From: Octopus sinensis
Lineage: Eukaryota
DNA length: 64,000 nt
NCBI RefSeq assembly: GCF_006345805.1
Contig: NC_043001.1
Location: 101,246,001-101,310,000, forward strand
Reading direction: 5' to 3'
Positions 40,178 to 53,544 of the stretch are shown here, in pieces (position 1 is the stretch's first letter; every line of letters begins with the position of its first letter). Position numbers and translations under genes: made by a program. Below the pieces are notes generated by a model, which was not told the DNA's origin, made no database searches, and worked only from the letters and a program-made list of their open reading frames with translations.

Positions 40178-40344
40178 TGTCATTATAAATCTTTCAATAA
40201 CTTTCCAGAGTTTGTCACTGTGCTACTTTTTATTAATGGTCCAGAAAGTTCCTTGATTGAGGAACTCATGTTTATACAGTATTATGTCATTATATCAGCG
40301 ATCCTCCAAGACCTCAATAGGTAAAAATCTCTGCTGGATTTTAC

Positions 40345-40893
40345 ATATTCCATAAATATAACAAACCTAGCACTTCATCAGTTACAACAATAAGTCTTCC
40401 AGTTGATCCCCGATCAATGGAACAGCCTACCCATGAAATTACCATGCAAGTGGCTGAGTACTCCACAGACACGTATACAGTTAATGTAATTCTCAAGGAG
40501 ATTCAGCATGACACAGAAAGGGACAATCGAGGTACAACACATTATACAGCCCATCATATTGGTGCTGATGATTTTACAACCCTGTAACTTAGTGGTTCAG
40601 CAAAAAGAGACCAATAGAATAAGTACCAGTCTTCAAAAAAGTCCAATAAGTTCTGGGGTCAATTTGTTTGACAAAACGCTCCAAGGCGATGCCCCAGCAT
40701 GGCCGCAGATTAATGACTGAAACAAATAAAAGCATAAAAAAATAATACAAGTACAACACATTTTTGGCAGGTGAGGGGACTAAAGCAACTTGAAATAAAG
40801 TGTCTTGCTCAAGGGCATGATGCAAAACTGGGAATTGAACTCACAACTTTATGATCATAAGCCAAATATCCAAACCACTAACCAACTTGCCTT
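40345..40893 (-). mobile_element. tRNA SINE family F, interrupted by a family A 3' fragment (40575-40740, +)
   Basis: Head GAAGGCAAGTTGGTTAGTGG...GTTCAATTCCC...CCTTGAGCAAGACACTT; body GTGGAGTACTCAGCCACTTGCA shared with copies near 47490 and 53920. Confidence 0.7.
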
Positions 40894-40927
40894 CACTCCA
40901 TAAATATAAAAACTACTAAGATATGTA

Positions 40928-41322
40928 GGTGCAGGAGTAGCTGAGTGATAAGTAGCTTGCTTACCAACCACATGGTTCCAGGTTCAGTCCCACTGCGTCC
41001 CACCTTGGGCAAGTGTCTTCTACTATAGCCTCAGGCTGACCAAAGCCTTGTGAGTGGATTTACTAGACGGAAACTGAGAGAAGCCTGCCATATATATGTA
41101 TATGTGTGTGTGTGTTTTTTGTTTGTGTTTGTCCCCTGCCCCCACTATCACTTGACAACTGATTCTGGTGTGTTTACGACCCCTAAACTTGGCAGTTCAG
41201 CAAAAGAGTTCGATAGAATAAGTACTACAAAGAATAAGTCCTGGGGTCAATTTTCTCGACTAAAGGCCATGCTCCAGCATGGCCACAGTCAAATGGCTGA
41301 AACAAGTAAAAGAATCAAAGAA
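40928..41322 (+). mobile_element. SINE family A, full length
   Basis: GGTGCAGGAGTAGCTGAGTG...GGTTCAGTCCC...AAACAAGTAAAAGAAT. Confidence 0.9.
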
Positions 41323-41967
41323 TATGTATTTTTCTGCAGCTTTCCAAATTCTTCATTATTTTCAAAATGTCCTTAAATTCGTTCTCATAAGAAATGCAAA
41401 GAGCCTCAGTCAGTCTGCTGTTTATACTAAATCTGTGTGTTTCGAAATAAGAAAGCAACCAGCAGATGTAAGTCAATCTTCTAGTAATAGAAACTAAATC
41501 TCTCCAAAACTGCAACCTACCATCTTTGAAGAAGGAAGATCAAACTGACTACAGGATAGAAGACAGGATGGTCACAGCTGGAATAGCTTTTACCATAATT
41601 CTGCTTAATCAGCCTGAGCTAGTGCAAAGCAACAACAACGAGAATAAACAGCCTTTGTCTTTTAGTTCATAATAACATATTAACTCTACATATCCCATGT
41701 AATATTGGAGAAGACATTATGAATCCATAATCCACTAGTAAAAAAAAACCCAAAAAAACATCTTTATGAGAATCAATATTTCTCAATATTTCTGTGGTAA
41801 CAAACCTTACAGAAAATATTAATCTTTAACAGACAACAGAACGTAGAGGTTATAAACAGAAAAAAAAAAAAGACTAAAATATCATTACATAAACAAATAC
41901 AAAAAAGCTAAGATCTACTTTCTTATTTCATTTCTCATCTGAATCACACGTTTTATGAATTTTATTG

Positions 41968-42413
41968 CATATATATATATATATATGTAGTATGTGTGCA
42001 TGTGTATGTGTGCGTATATGTATGTATTTATGTATATATTTATGAGTATATGTGTGCATATATAAATACACACACACACACACACAGAAATATCATACAT
42101 ATATTCATATATATCATCATACACATATGCATGTTTATATATATATATATATCATATAAATGTATGTATAATATATGCATGCTATATATGTGTGTGTATG
42201 TGCACATATATATTTGTATATATATATATTATATATAAGTATAACTGACATATATTACATACATCTATACATTCCCATACAACTTCAAAAACACTCAAAT
42301 ATACTCTCCTTCTACACCGATGCACATACATATGTACATATATCATCATGCATATAACTATATTAAAACAATACATACATACACATGCATACATATATAT
42401 GTACGTATATGTG

Positions 42414-42445
<32 letters not shown>

Positions 42446-42467
42446 TATATATATATGTATATACGTT

Positions 42468-42499
<32 letters not shown>

Positions 42500-42960
42500 T
42501 ACATACTCATATATATATATGTATATATATATGTATGTATATATATTTATACATTTATATATGTATATATATGTATGCATATATTTGTTTGTATATATAT
42601 AATTTGTATGTATATACATATATATGTGAGAATGTATGCATATATATTTATATACATATGTATGTGTATGTACATATATATATATCATACATATGTACAT
42701 ATATCAATTTGTCTGTCTATCTATCTATCTATCTATCTACATATATATATATATATATATATACATACATGCATAAATACATACATACATACATACATAC
42801 ATGCATACATATGTAGCTAACATATACACAAACATGATATACACATGCATACATTCTCATATAACTTCACAACCACTCAAGTATACTCTCTCTCTTTTTC
42901 TCTCTCATACATATACACACATATACACACTCACACTTACACACACACACACACACAACT
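41968..42960. repeat. Degenerate (TA)n/(CA)n/(TCTA)n microsatellite field
   Basis: Directly visible. Confidence 0.95.
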
Positions 42961-43891
42961 GATATTATCACAGATTTCAATTAAGTACTTTTTTTTTCTG
43001 TCACTACGGTAACAATGCATAATAGAGTTTTAAGAGAGAAGACGAAAAGGAAATGAATTTTCTCAGCTAATATTTTATTGAATTGTATTTCAGTGTGTTA
43101 TAATGTGTTGTAGTATGTTTGTTATTTGTTATAATGTATTTATTATAAATATATTAAATAAATAAGTTGTCTTGAAGTGGAAATATCTATGATATTTACT
43201 GTTAGCTAACAGTGAGAATGTAGATGCCATAACATATTTTTCATGGTGATATCTTAAATAACAGAGATCTTCAAATGCAGAGTAACACAGGGAACAGTGC
43301 CACAGACTTTAATTCTTTTTTTCCTGCCAAGATGGATGAACTATAGTCATTTTACAAAAAAAACAAATCATGACTGGAAATATTTTGGTAAAATGTGATT
43401 CAAAGAATTTAAATATTGTGTTTGTGTGTGATTGTTTTTGTACATTGTTACTAAGTAGAAAGAATGTGACTCATAGTAATTTTTTTTTTCTTGTTCATCT
43501 ATCTCTCAGACTGGTTTGCTAAATATCATAATGAGCTTCATGTTGGCTTGGAATTGCTGCCAGAGAAAGATAAGGAATAATCTATATCAGAGGTATGAGG
43601 GCTAAAAATGTTTCTTTGCACACAAAGTACATTTTTTATGACATCTGAGTATGAGGTACTTTAACAGGACATGTAAAGATGATCATCAGAAACACAGTTT
43701 TGAGTTTAAAAGACAAACTAGCTTAGGACAGGCAAGCAGTGGGAGGCTTGAACTTAAAAATAGACAAGTATAAATGCTGTTGAATGCAGATTATTATTGT
43801 TTTAACCCAAAGATAATCGCCACACAGTCCAGGCCATTCCAGCCACATTCTTTCTATTTTTTTCTGTATATCAGGACTTCAAAATCCATTG

Positions 43892-44115
43892 TTCTGTTGT
43901 TTCTGGGGAGAGTCATTTTCTTTTTGTGCCTTATAATATAACACACTCACCGGTAAAATTTCCACTTTTTCAGAGAGTCAAAACTATTGAAAAGGTTGCA
44001 AGATGCAACGAAAATTTTAGGAAAATAAAAATAAGAAAAAAGTGGAAATTTTACCGGTGTGTGTGTTACATTGTAAGGCACAAAAAGAAAATGACTCTCC
44101 CCAGACACAACAGAA
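43892..44115. repeat. Inverted repeat, ~80-bp arms with ~65-bp spacer
   Basis: TTCTGTTGTTTCTGGGGAGAGTCATTTTCTTTTTGTGCCTTA...CCGGTAAAATTTCCACTTTTT is mirrored at 44037-44115. Confidence 0.85.
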
Positions 44116-46561
44116 TATGCTTCAACACACGAACTCATATAAAGAATTTTGCAAACCAAATCCAAAAACAAAAATCCATAGTCTTCTCTTATTTTTTATT
44201 TGATATAATATGATGATGGTGGTGGTGATGGTGGTGATGATGATGATTAGTGGCAGATTTTGTTACTCTTTGTTGCATTTCAAGTGATTATATTACAGTC
44301 TCTGTCATTAATATAGATGAGCGAAGATGCAGCTTCATGGGTAGGATGGGTCTGCAAATTTTACAGCACCATTTTGTATTTGTATGCCCTTAGTAGAACT
44401 CAGTCTGCAACCATTTATACTAGATTTCTGGTTCCTTCCCAGTGTAGACAGTTTACACATCAATCTACACAGTGTCTGTCTATGCGTATATCATTGAATA
44501 TGAGTGTGTGTGTGTGTGTGTGTGTGTGTGCATCCTTTGTGGATAAACAAAATATATACATGAGATATATGGTTCAATTAATAATTGCAACGAGCTGTTC
44601 TTGTTTTCTTAAAAGGATGAAATGAAATCTTTCAGAGATTTGAACAGAGCAACTTGAACTGTGTAGACAAATACGATGTTACATGATAACTTGCTCTGCA
44701 TGAAGCTTTATGGAGCATTGCTTAAGACTCATTGATTTTTTTTAGAAATTGTACAACAGAGAAGTGAAGCCATGCATGCATTGCAGTCACTGCACTGAAA
44801 ATAAGCGAGAGGTGCAGTCAGACTGAAAATAGTGGACATTACAGTCAATAGAATTTCTCTGTAGAGCCATATGCTATATTTGGAGCCGAAATGCATTGAT
44901 TCAAACAACCATATTTGAGAGATTCCATGTGCTTGTGCAGAGAAATGTCAATAGTTGTTAAACTGTAAAGTAATCCAAGCTTAGATGGATTAGAGAGAAT
45001 AACAGGGAAAATGGTGGATCAAAAACTTAACAAGCTCGGAAATAATATTTCTTTTATACGAATGCATTAAAGTTCAAGGATCAGATTTTCGTGTATTAGT
45101 TGCTATTGAAAATGCCAACAAAATATCTTCCAGGCTTTAGAGAAATCAGAATTCTTTACAGATTTTCTTCATAAAAAACACTACAAATTTATTTATTATT
45201 TTTTTCTTTTTATAAGTGATACAAAGCCAAACATTTGTAATTGAGGAGTTTAACTGGTTGAGTTCACCATGGACATTGCTGCTGTTTTATGAAACCCAAG
45301 GAATGGATCTTCCACATGGTCACTCAATTTGCAAAATATTGCAATCAAATTTCCCTTAAATGACACACAACTATCTTTTAAAGAGAAATGCAAAAATATT
45401 AGGTAAAATAATTATTAGCAGCAGAAACAATATTAACATCAAAGGTAATATTTGTCCCTGCTTAAAACTGGATGTTGTGTTAGAACGCAAAATTCTGTGA
45501 CTGTTACAATGAGAGAAACTCATATTGGCTTCCAGTGCATATAAGCACACTTATCACAGTATTTTGTGTTCTGCTAAAACATCTACTTTTAAGAGGGGAT
45601 AAACAATACCCTTTGGGTATTAATACTGCTTCCGTTATTAGTAATTATTTCTTAATAAGCCCACTGTCTATTCATTAGACCCGTGCTTGTTAAAGCATTG
45701 TGATAGCAGCTATCTCCAGCATCTGGGCGTCTACAAGGCCAGAGAAGGCCAAAATCATGTGATCTGGTAACCTCAGAGATGGCAAGAGATTGATCTCCCC
45801 ACTGGCGATGTAAACAAGAGTGCTTATATGCACCAAATAGTCACTGAGAGTTCCTCTTATGGAAACTATTGCAGTATTTTGAGTTCTAACACAACAGCCA
45901 CTTGTAAATGGGGATAAATATTGCCTTTAGATAGCATAGTTTTAAATATACAAAGTATGAATTTAAAAAAATCTAAAATTCATGGCAATAAAACTTTTAT
46001 TTTTGATTTGCTGGATCAAGGCTGATTTGCAGCTAAACAACAGCAACAACAGCAATAACAACACATATTTCTGTGGGTCAGCGTCAGTTTAATCAGAGCA
46101 GCAAAGTAATCATAATTCAGGGAAAATAAGCAGAGAATTAAAAACTCGCACTATAAAAGTAGGTTTCATTATTATACTTGATATAATGGGCCAAGAGATG
46201 TTTATAAATGAATATTAATCCCTGGTGATGAGAAAAGAATTCATTATACACATAATTCATTCTGATTAAGACAAAAGAAAAAAAAACAAGAATTTTTATT
46301 AATTAGAATTAATAAAAAATAGCATTCGCTGGGAATTAAGGCTAATCTTTCGCAGTACAGGGATAACTCTGGATATGTTTCAGTCTTATTTGAACTCATC
46401 GTTAAAGAACCTTAGTCTAACTATTTCTGCAAGGACGATGAAAGAGGACAAAGAACTGCAATGAATGACCACTAAGTGGTGCAATAACTGAAAAGTGCAA
46501 TACAATTTAATTTTCTGGGTTTATATGTGTTGCACAACAATATTTCAATTAATGTAACTTG

Positions 46562-47073
46562 GTTGACAGAAATATTTTAAAGAATTTGGTACAGTTTGAT
46601 CAGGAATTAGATCTTGATATGGTTTGGTGTTATATTATAATTTCTTCAGGTTTTTAGTTTTACGTTCATTGGTTCATATTCCATTACCATGGCACCAAGT
46701 TTGTGGAAAATATACCTACATAACACAAAATAGGTGCTACAGGTTCTGGTAGGAATCACTCCGGAGAACCTAGTGTTTTCTTTGCTGTGCTATGGTCAGG
46801 CCTAACTAGTAAGTCTAGTTGACAGAAATATTTTAAAGAATTTGGTACAGTTTGATCAGGAATTAGATCTTCATATGGTTTGGTGTTATATTATAATTTC
46901 TTCAGGTTTTTAGTTTTACGTTCATTGGTTCATATTCCATTACCATGGCACCAAGTTTGTGGAAAATATACCTACATAACACAAAATAGGTGCTACAGGT
47001 TCTGGTAGGAATCACTCCGGAGAACCTAGTGTTTTCTTTGCTGTGCTATGGTCAGGCCTAACTAGTAAGTCTA
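46562..47073. repeat. Tandem duplication, 2 x 256 bp, one mismatch seen
   Basis: GTTGACAGAAATATTTTAAAG...TAGTAAGTCTA starts at 46562 and 46818; ATCTTGATAT versus ATCTTCATAT. Confidence 0.92.
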
Positions 47074-47489
47074 GAGAAGGTATGGGCTTTAGTCAGAGAA
47101 GTAAATTTTTCCAATGGAAGTATATTTTTAATCAGTGCATCATCTGTAAACATTTAGCTTCTCTCTGACTAAAGAAACCATTTTGGTGGATGTTCAACTT
47201 AAATATCAACAGGTCAACAGCATGAGGCCAGTCAGGAGAAAATTCAAGAGAAATGGAATTCTGAAAGATAAGGATTGGACAAAAACAGCTGAGTGTGTGG
47301 TCTTGCAGGAGCAATACACTGGACATGAAAGAGAAAGAAATATGGGTGGGTATGTGGGTGGGTGCAGTGAATCTGAGAGAAGAGAAAATTAATTCTGAGG
47401 AAGAGAGATTGCTGTGGGAGAAGAATGAAGACACATCTCTTCAGTGAACCAGTGATTACATAGTATATTCGTGAAGGTACATGCTTCAA

Positions 47490-47770
47490 TAGTTAGGGTA
47501 TTTGGCTCATGATCATAAGGTCATGGGTTCAATTCCTGGCCTCGTGTTATGTACTTGAGCAAGACACATTACATTGCTTCAGTCCACTCGGCTGGCAAAG
47601 TGAGTTGTATTTGTAATTCAGAAGGCCGGCCTTGTGACATCCTGTATCATACTGAATCTCCCTGAGAACCACCTTAAGGGTACACATGTATGTGGAGTAC
47701 TCAGCCACTTGCACATTAACTTCCATTGATCAGATCAACTGCACTATTCTTCCTCACAACCAATGGAGAG
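47490..47770 (+). mobile_element. tRNA SINE family F
   Basis: GGTTCAATTCC B box, TTGAGCAAGACAC, GTGGAGTACTCAGCCACTTGCAC. Confidence 0.7.
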
Positions 47771-48894
47771 CCAGTGCTTATAGTATCTTGATGAATGACT
47801 CTCTACTAATCAGTTGAATTGTCTTCTTTTAGATATGGTCAAGTGTACAACGTGAGTTGCAGTAGCAGAAGCACCATCCAAGACATTTGAGCAGTTCTTG
47901 AATAAAAATTGATGCAAGTTACAGTTTCATAGAGTTCAGTTCACTTTCGTTTACAGCACAGCTTTTATACAGCTTAATGGGTTCAGTGACACTTTTAAAG
48001 GTTCATTAAGCATTTTAATCTAGTTAATTAGTGTTTAACAACATTGATGTTTCTTTAGGTTTGCATGAATTCTGATATTTTTAAATATCTAATTTGTGAT
48101 TGTGGTGGTGTGTGTTGGGGAGGGGGAGGACACTTGGGGTGGGTTCTATTGTAGGGGATTAGATTAAACAAGGAAGAGTAAAGTTCATAATATCTTCTTT
48201 TAGAGGAAAGAATTTGGTTGGTTTTAGAAATAATTCATAGGATTCTGGGTAGCAGATAAGGAAAAAGAAAGAGAGAAAGACTAAAAGAAAGGTGAATAGG
48301 CAGATATGGAAAGAATGGTGAGTAGAGGAGAGGGAGATGGTGAGGAGGAGGGGCAAGAAAGATAAAAATAAGATGAAAAAGAAGAAAACAAAAAGGAGAA
48401 AAAGGGAGAAAAAAGGAAAAATGAAAAACAAGAAGACAGCAGCAATGAGAAGAAAATCAACAACAACAACAAGCACATGCTCACTCATACATAGAGAGCT
48501 CCAGACATAGATAGATATTTATACTGTTCAATGCACGCATTTACACAGATGTCAAGAACACTGCTATTTAATTGTAGTGTTCGTTGAGTGAAGTCATCTC
48601 ATTCCCTTAGGTGTTGCCCAGAGGCAAGGTTCATAACTTAAACTGCTGTGTTGGTTTGTTGCTATGAATCATAGCTTTTTCTGTAGAGCTTTGAGTAAAA
48701 GACGAGGTGGATGAAAATAGCCAGCGTTTTTTGTTATTTTATCAACCTAGAAAATGTCAGCAAGAGACAAAAGAATACAGGATAGATCTACACACATACA
48801 CACACACAAACACACACATATAAACATATAAACACACATACAAACATGTATACACACACTCACACATACGTAATATATATATATATATTATATA

Positions 48895-48946
<52 letters not shown>

Positions 48947-48982
48947 TATATGTATATATATATTATATATATATGTATATAT

Positions 48983-49049
<67 letters not shown>

Positions 49050-49495
49050 ATGGTGGAGGAGTGTTGACATCAGATCTAATATGAAAAAATGAGAATTCCA
49101 AATGATTTATCATATCTTAGAGTTGTATTTGTCTGGCAAGTGGTTCCATATCTAAGACAGTCTGTTCCAACTGAAGCAGTTACATCATCGAAGAATCATT
49201 TTAGTCATTTAAGAACACCAAAAGTGGTTGCTTTCACTTTTTCTATATTTCTTAGGAGTACAATCAAATAAGAAACATTAAAAAGTTTTATTGCACTTGA
49301 GTAATGTTGTGTGATTGTATTAATGGCCAGGAGATGAAGTACAGGAAATAGAGTACAGGAGATAAAGTACAGCAAAACTTTTTGGCAATTCATAGCGGAG
49401 TGGACATGTGTGCAATAAAAAAACCGAACTGCTTAAGTATGTTCTTAAATACTTGAAATGGCTTATCTCTGATATAATAGCAGACACACTGTTGC

Positions 49496-49541
<46 letters not shown>

Positions 49542-49574
49542 GTTGTTGTTGTTATAAATTTTTATTATTATTAT

Positions 49575-49798
49575 TTTGGTTTGACACAGGTTCAGTCTTA
49601 TTCATGATAGGAATTATGTGGATAGCAAGTTACTACCTATAACCCTCGTTATCCACAAGTTTTCAGCAGTTTTTCAAATACTTTGAATCCTCCTGGTAAT
49701 CCTTGCTGTTCCTAAGAAACAAATTTTCAGTAGGAGATCTACCGGGCATTATTATTATTATTATCATTATCATTATTATTATTATATTATTATTATTA

Positions 49799-49847
<49 letters not shown>

Positions 49848-50053
49848 GTTGTTGTTGTTATAAATTTTTATTATTATTATTTTGGTTTGACACAGGTTCA
49901 GTCTTATTCATGATAGGAATTATGTGGATAGCAAGTTACTACCTATAACCCTCGTTATCCACAAGTTTTCAGCAGTTTTTCAAATACTTTGAATCCTCCT
50001 GGTAATCCTTGCTGTTCCTAAGAAACAAATTTTCAGTAGGAGATCTACCGGGC
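49575..50053 (-). mobile_element. Two identical R4/Dong-like 3'-end fragments (49575-49747, 49881-50053) in (TAA)n; 306-bp period
   Basis: Minus strand PVDLLLKICFLGTARITRRIQSI* plus 3' UTR and (TAA)n; homologous to CPVELVCFLGMARIIRKILDS* at ~53470. Confidence 0.75.
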
Positions 50054-50065
50054 ATTATTATTATT

Positions 50066-50131
<66 letters not shown>

Positions 50132-50134
<3 letters not shown>

Positions 50135-51880
50135 TAGTTTTATTTTTATAGTGTGCTTTCACTTCACTACCGAGCACAGCTCTGTGTGCCTTGGGTATGT
50201 ACTGTGATTTGTTGTGATGCTCTGATGGTTATTGTATGGAAAGTGTTCTGCGTAGGATGTGTGCAGTGCCTAGTAGTGCAATTTTCTGTATGTTATATGT
50301 GTTTGTAAGTCCTGGTGTTTTTGTTATGTATTTGTCTGAATATTTTTTTATCATGCCTAATGCACCTACTATGATAGGAATTGTTTCTGTTTTTAGATTT
50401 CACATTCTGGTTACCTCTATTTCCAGGTCTTTGTATTTTGAAAGTTTCTCCATTTCTTTTAGAGACACGTTGTCATCTGCCGGTATTGATACATCAATTA
50501 GAAAGCATTTTTTTTCTTCATGATCTCTGACAACTATATCTGGTCTGTTGGCCTTAATTTCTCTATCTGTATGTATCGGCATATACCAGAGTATGGTTGC
50601 TTTCTTGTTTTCTGTGACCTTTTCTGGTGTGTGCCTATACCATCTTTTTTCTGTTGTTATTCCATAATGTTGGCATAGCTTCCAGTGTATGTAGGTTCCA
50701 ACTCTGTCATGTCTGTGAATATATTCCTTCTTAGCCAGGACTGGGCATCCAGAGATAATATGATTTATTGTTTCTTGTCCATCTCCACATATTCTGCAGT
50801 TACTTGTTATATTTCTTTTCATTACATGTTTTTGGTAATTTCTGGTGGGGAGGCTTTGGTCTTGTGCTACAATTAAAAATCCCTCTGTCTCTGCTTTGAG
50901 TCCTGAGCTTCTCAACCATTGCTGCGATTTTTCTTTGTCTATTTCTTTTGCATTTAGTTTAGTCCAGTATTTACCATGAAGGGGCTTTTCTTGATATTGT
51001 TTTATCATGGTTCTTTGCTGTTCTAGTTTTAGTTTGGATTTCATTTGTTTTATAGCTTTTCTTCTTCTTCTTCTTCTTCTTCTTCTTCTTCTTCTTCTTC
51101 TTCTTCTTCTTCTTCTTCTTCTTCTTCTTCTTCTTCTTCTTCTTCTTCTTCTTCTTCTTCTTCTCTTCTTCTTCTTCTTCTTCTTCATATTTGTTAGGTG
51201 GTATGATTTCTTGTTTGTATTTGTCAGCTTCCTTAAATACTGAGAACAGTTTTTTGTTTTGCTCGTGTTTTGCCGCTGTTCGTATCAGTTTTCCTTCCTT
51301 CTGAAGTAGATATTTTTGCAGTCCTATGGTGGTTATTTTATAGTAGTTTTCCAGCTGTATAAAGCCTCTACCACCTTCTATACGTTGTATATATAGTCTT
51401 TCTATGTCAGATTTTGGGTGATGTATCCTAGATCCTGTCATTATTTTTCTTGTTTTCCTATCTATTTTGATCAGTTCATTTAGTGTCCAGTTAAGGATAT
51501 TGTTGCTGTAACTTATAACTGGGACAGCTAAAGTGTTAATACCTATTATCTTGTTTTTAGCATTGAGCTCTGTTTTTAGTATTGATCTAACTCGTCTATA
51601 ATATTCTTTTTTTATTTTCTCTTTCATTTGTGCGTGTTGTGTCTTATCTAGTTCATGGATTCCTAAGTATTTGTAAGTTTGGCTTTGGTCTAATTCTTTT
51701 ATTTCATTGGTTTTATCTAGTGTGATGTTGCTACTCTTAACTAGTTTTCTCTTTTCATGGTTACTTTGGCGCATTTTTCTAATCCAAATTTCATATCTAT
51801 TTCTTTGGTAAATCCATGAACTGCCTTTAATAGTGTTTCCAGCTGTTTGTCATTCACAGCATATAGTTTTAGGTCATCCA

Positions 51881-51883
<3 letters not shown>
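50132..51883 (-). mobile_element. 5'-truncated R4/Dong-clade non-LTR retrotransposon (RT C-terminal half, CCHC zinc finger, restriction-like endonuclease), inactivated
   Basis: MDDLKLY...FGLEKC...YKYLG...CRICGDGQETINHIISGC...RHD...RPDIVVRD....FLIDVSIP...KLSKY; frameshifts and an internal stop; terminal stop at 50229-50231; (TAA)n on both sides. Confidence 0.92.
51059..51186. repeat. (GAA)n tract of about 42 units inside the retrotransposon ORF
   Basis: Directly visible; one 1-nt interruption near 51164. Confidence 0.95.
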
Positions 51884-51941
<58 letters not shown>

Positions 51942-51952
51942 CATTATTATTA

Positions 51953-51987
<35 letters not shown>

Positions 51988-52148
51988 GTTGTTGTTGTTA
52001 TTATTATTATCTGTTTACTATAAAATGGATACTAACTGAATAATCAGCAACAGTAACAACAACATCAACAACAATATCAATAGCTGAAGCAGTGATATGG
52101 GAATAAAAACAAATGTTAATAGTAGTAATAATAATAATAATAATAATA

Positions 52149-52204
<56 letters not shown>

Positions 52205-52267
52205 TATAATAATAATAATAACAACAACAACAATAACAACAACAATAACAACAATAATAATAGTGGT

Positions 52268-52459
52268 TTCAAATTTTGACACTGGGCCAGCAGTTTTTGA
52301 GGGGAGGAGCAAGTCAATTACAACAATCCAAGTACTTAACCGGTCCTTATTTTATTGACCCTGAAAGGTTGAAAGGCTAAGTCAACCTCAGCAGAATTTG
52401 AACCCAAAATACAGACAGACAAAATACTGCAAGGGGTAATTCTGCCAGTTCACTGCCTA

Positions 52460-52460
<1 letters not shown>
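52268..52460 (-). mobile_element. SINE family B (diverged)
   Basis: TTGACCCTGAAAGGTTGAAAGGCTAAGTCAACCTC...TTCTGCCAGTTCACTGCCT. Confidence 0.75.
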
Positions 52461-52551
<91 letters not shown>

Positions 52552-52560
52552 TAATAATAG

Positions 52561-52875
52561 CAAAGGGGCTGATTGCTACCTAGTACAGATACCAGGAAAC
52601 CCCAAAATGGCAGAAATTCAAAAGATAGTGCTCATGGGAACTGCCCATATCCGACATAAAATACTATCTCTGTAATCTCAAATTTTAAACCAAATTCATA
52701 ATTTTCTTATGGTTTCTTAAACATTCTCTAGCACAATACCATGTGCAAAACCAAATATATGACACCCTAGGCATAACACCAGCATGAACTTTTAAATTAC
52801 TGTCTCTTGAGGTCCCTGGGCTGAGACTTGGAGTCAACTTGTACAAATACAAAGCAAAAGTCAAACACAAAATAA
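52561..52875 (+). mobile_element. R4/Dong-like 3' end (second family) after (AAT)n
   Basis: IPGNPKMAEIQKIVLMGTAHIRHKILSL* parallels TPGLTNTYNIQKIALLGTAHILRRTLSIQ* of the large element; 3' UTR follows. Confidence 0.75.
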
Positions 52876-52899
52876 TCAGCAGAATATTGACATCGCTGA

Positions 52900-53538
52900 A
52901 GAAACGAACCCTAAAAAAGAGAGACTGAGAGCACTACACTGGCAGCACAAGACCAAGCTTTGGCCACGAACTGGAGGATGAACCTTTGGAAAGAGCAAGT
53001 GTCTCTTTTGTGCTGCATCTGCAATAGAGTGAATGAAACCATTGCCCATATTATGAACAAATGCCGGAGACTTTCCTAAAACTACTTCAAGTTGTGACGA
53101 CATGATCAGGTAGCAAAAGAGCTGCACCGGGGGGGGGGGAAGTGGGATGGGCACAAACCTCAGAGAGTGGTGGAGTTGGAGACTAGCAAAAGCCTTTGGG
53201 ACTTCCCAATTCAAACAGATCAGGTGCATTACAAACCAGACCTAGCAGTGGTGGACAAAGTGCACCACATGTGCTATGTAGTTGATGTTGCATGCTCCTT
53301 TGACCCACGAATAGTCAAGAAGGAAGGTGAAAAAGTAGATAAATACAATCTTCTTGAGTACGAAATAGCCTGGCTATGGAAAATGAAGGTTGAGATAATA
53401 CCAATTATTACTGGGTCCTTGGGGACAGTATCAGAAGGCATCAAGGGGAATATAAAGGAAATTGGAATAGAGTGCCCAGTAGAACTGGTTTGCTTCCTTG
53501 GCATGGCCAGAATAATCAGGAAAATATTAGATAGTTGA
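52900..53538 (+). mobile_element. R4/Dong-like zinc finger + RLE fragment (third family), decayed
   Basis: KRETESTTLAAQDQAL...CCICNRVNETIAHIMNKC...HDQVA...WDFPIQTD...KPDLAVVDK....VVDVACSFD...EKVDKY. Confidence 0.85.
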
Positions 53539-53544
53539 AAAGAA

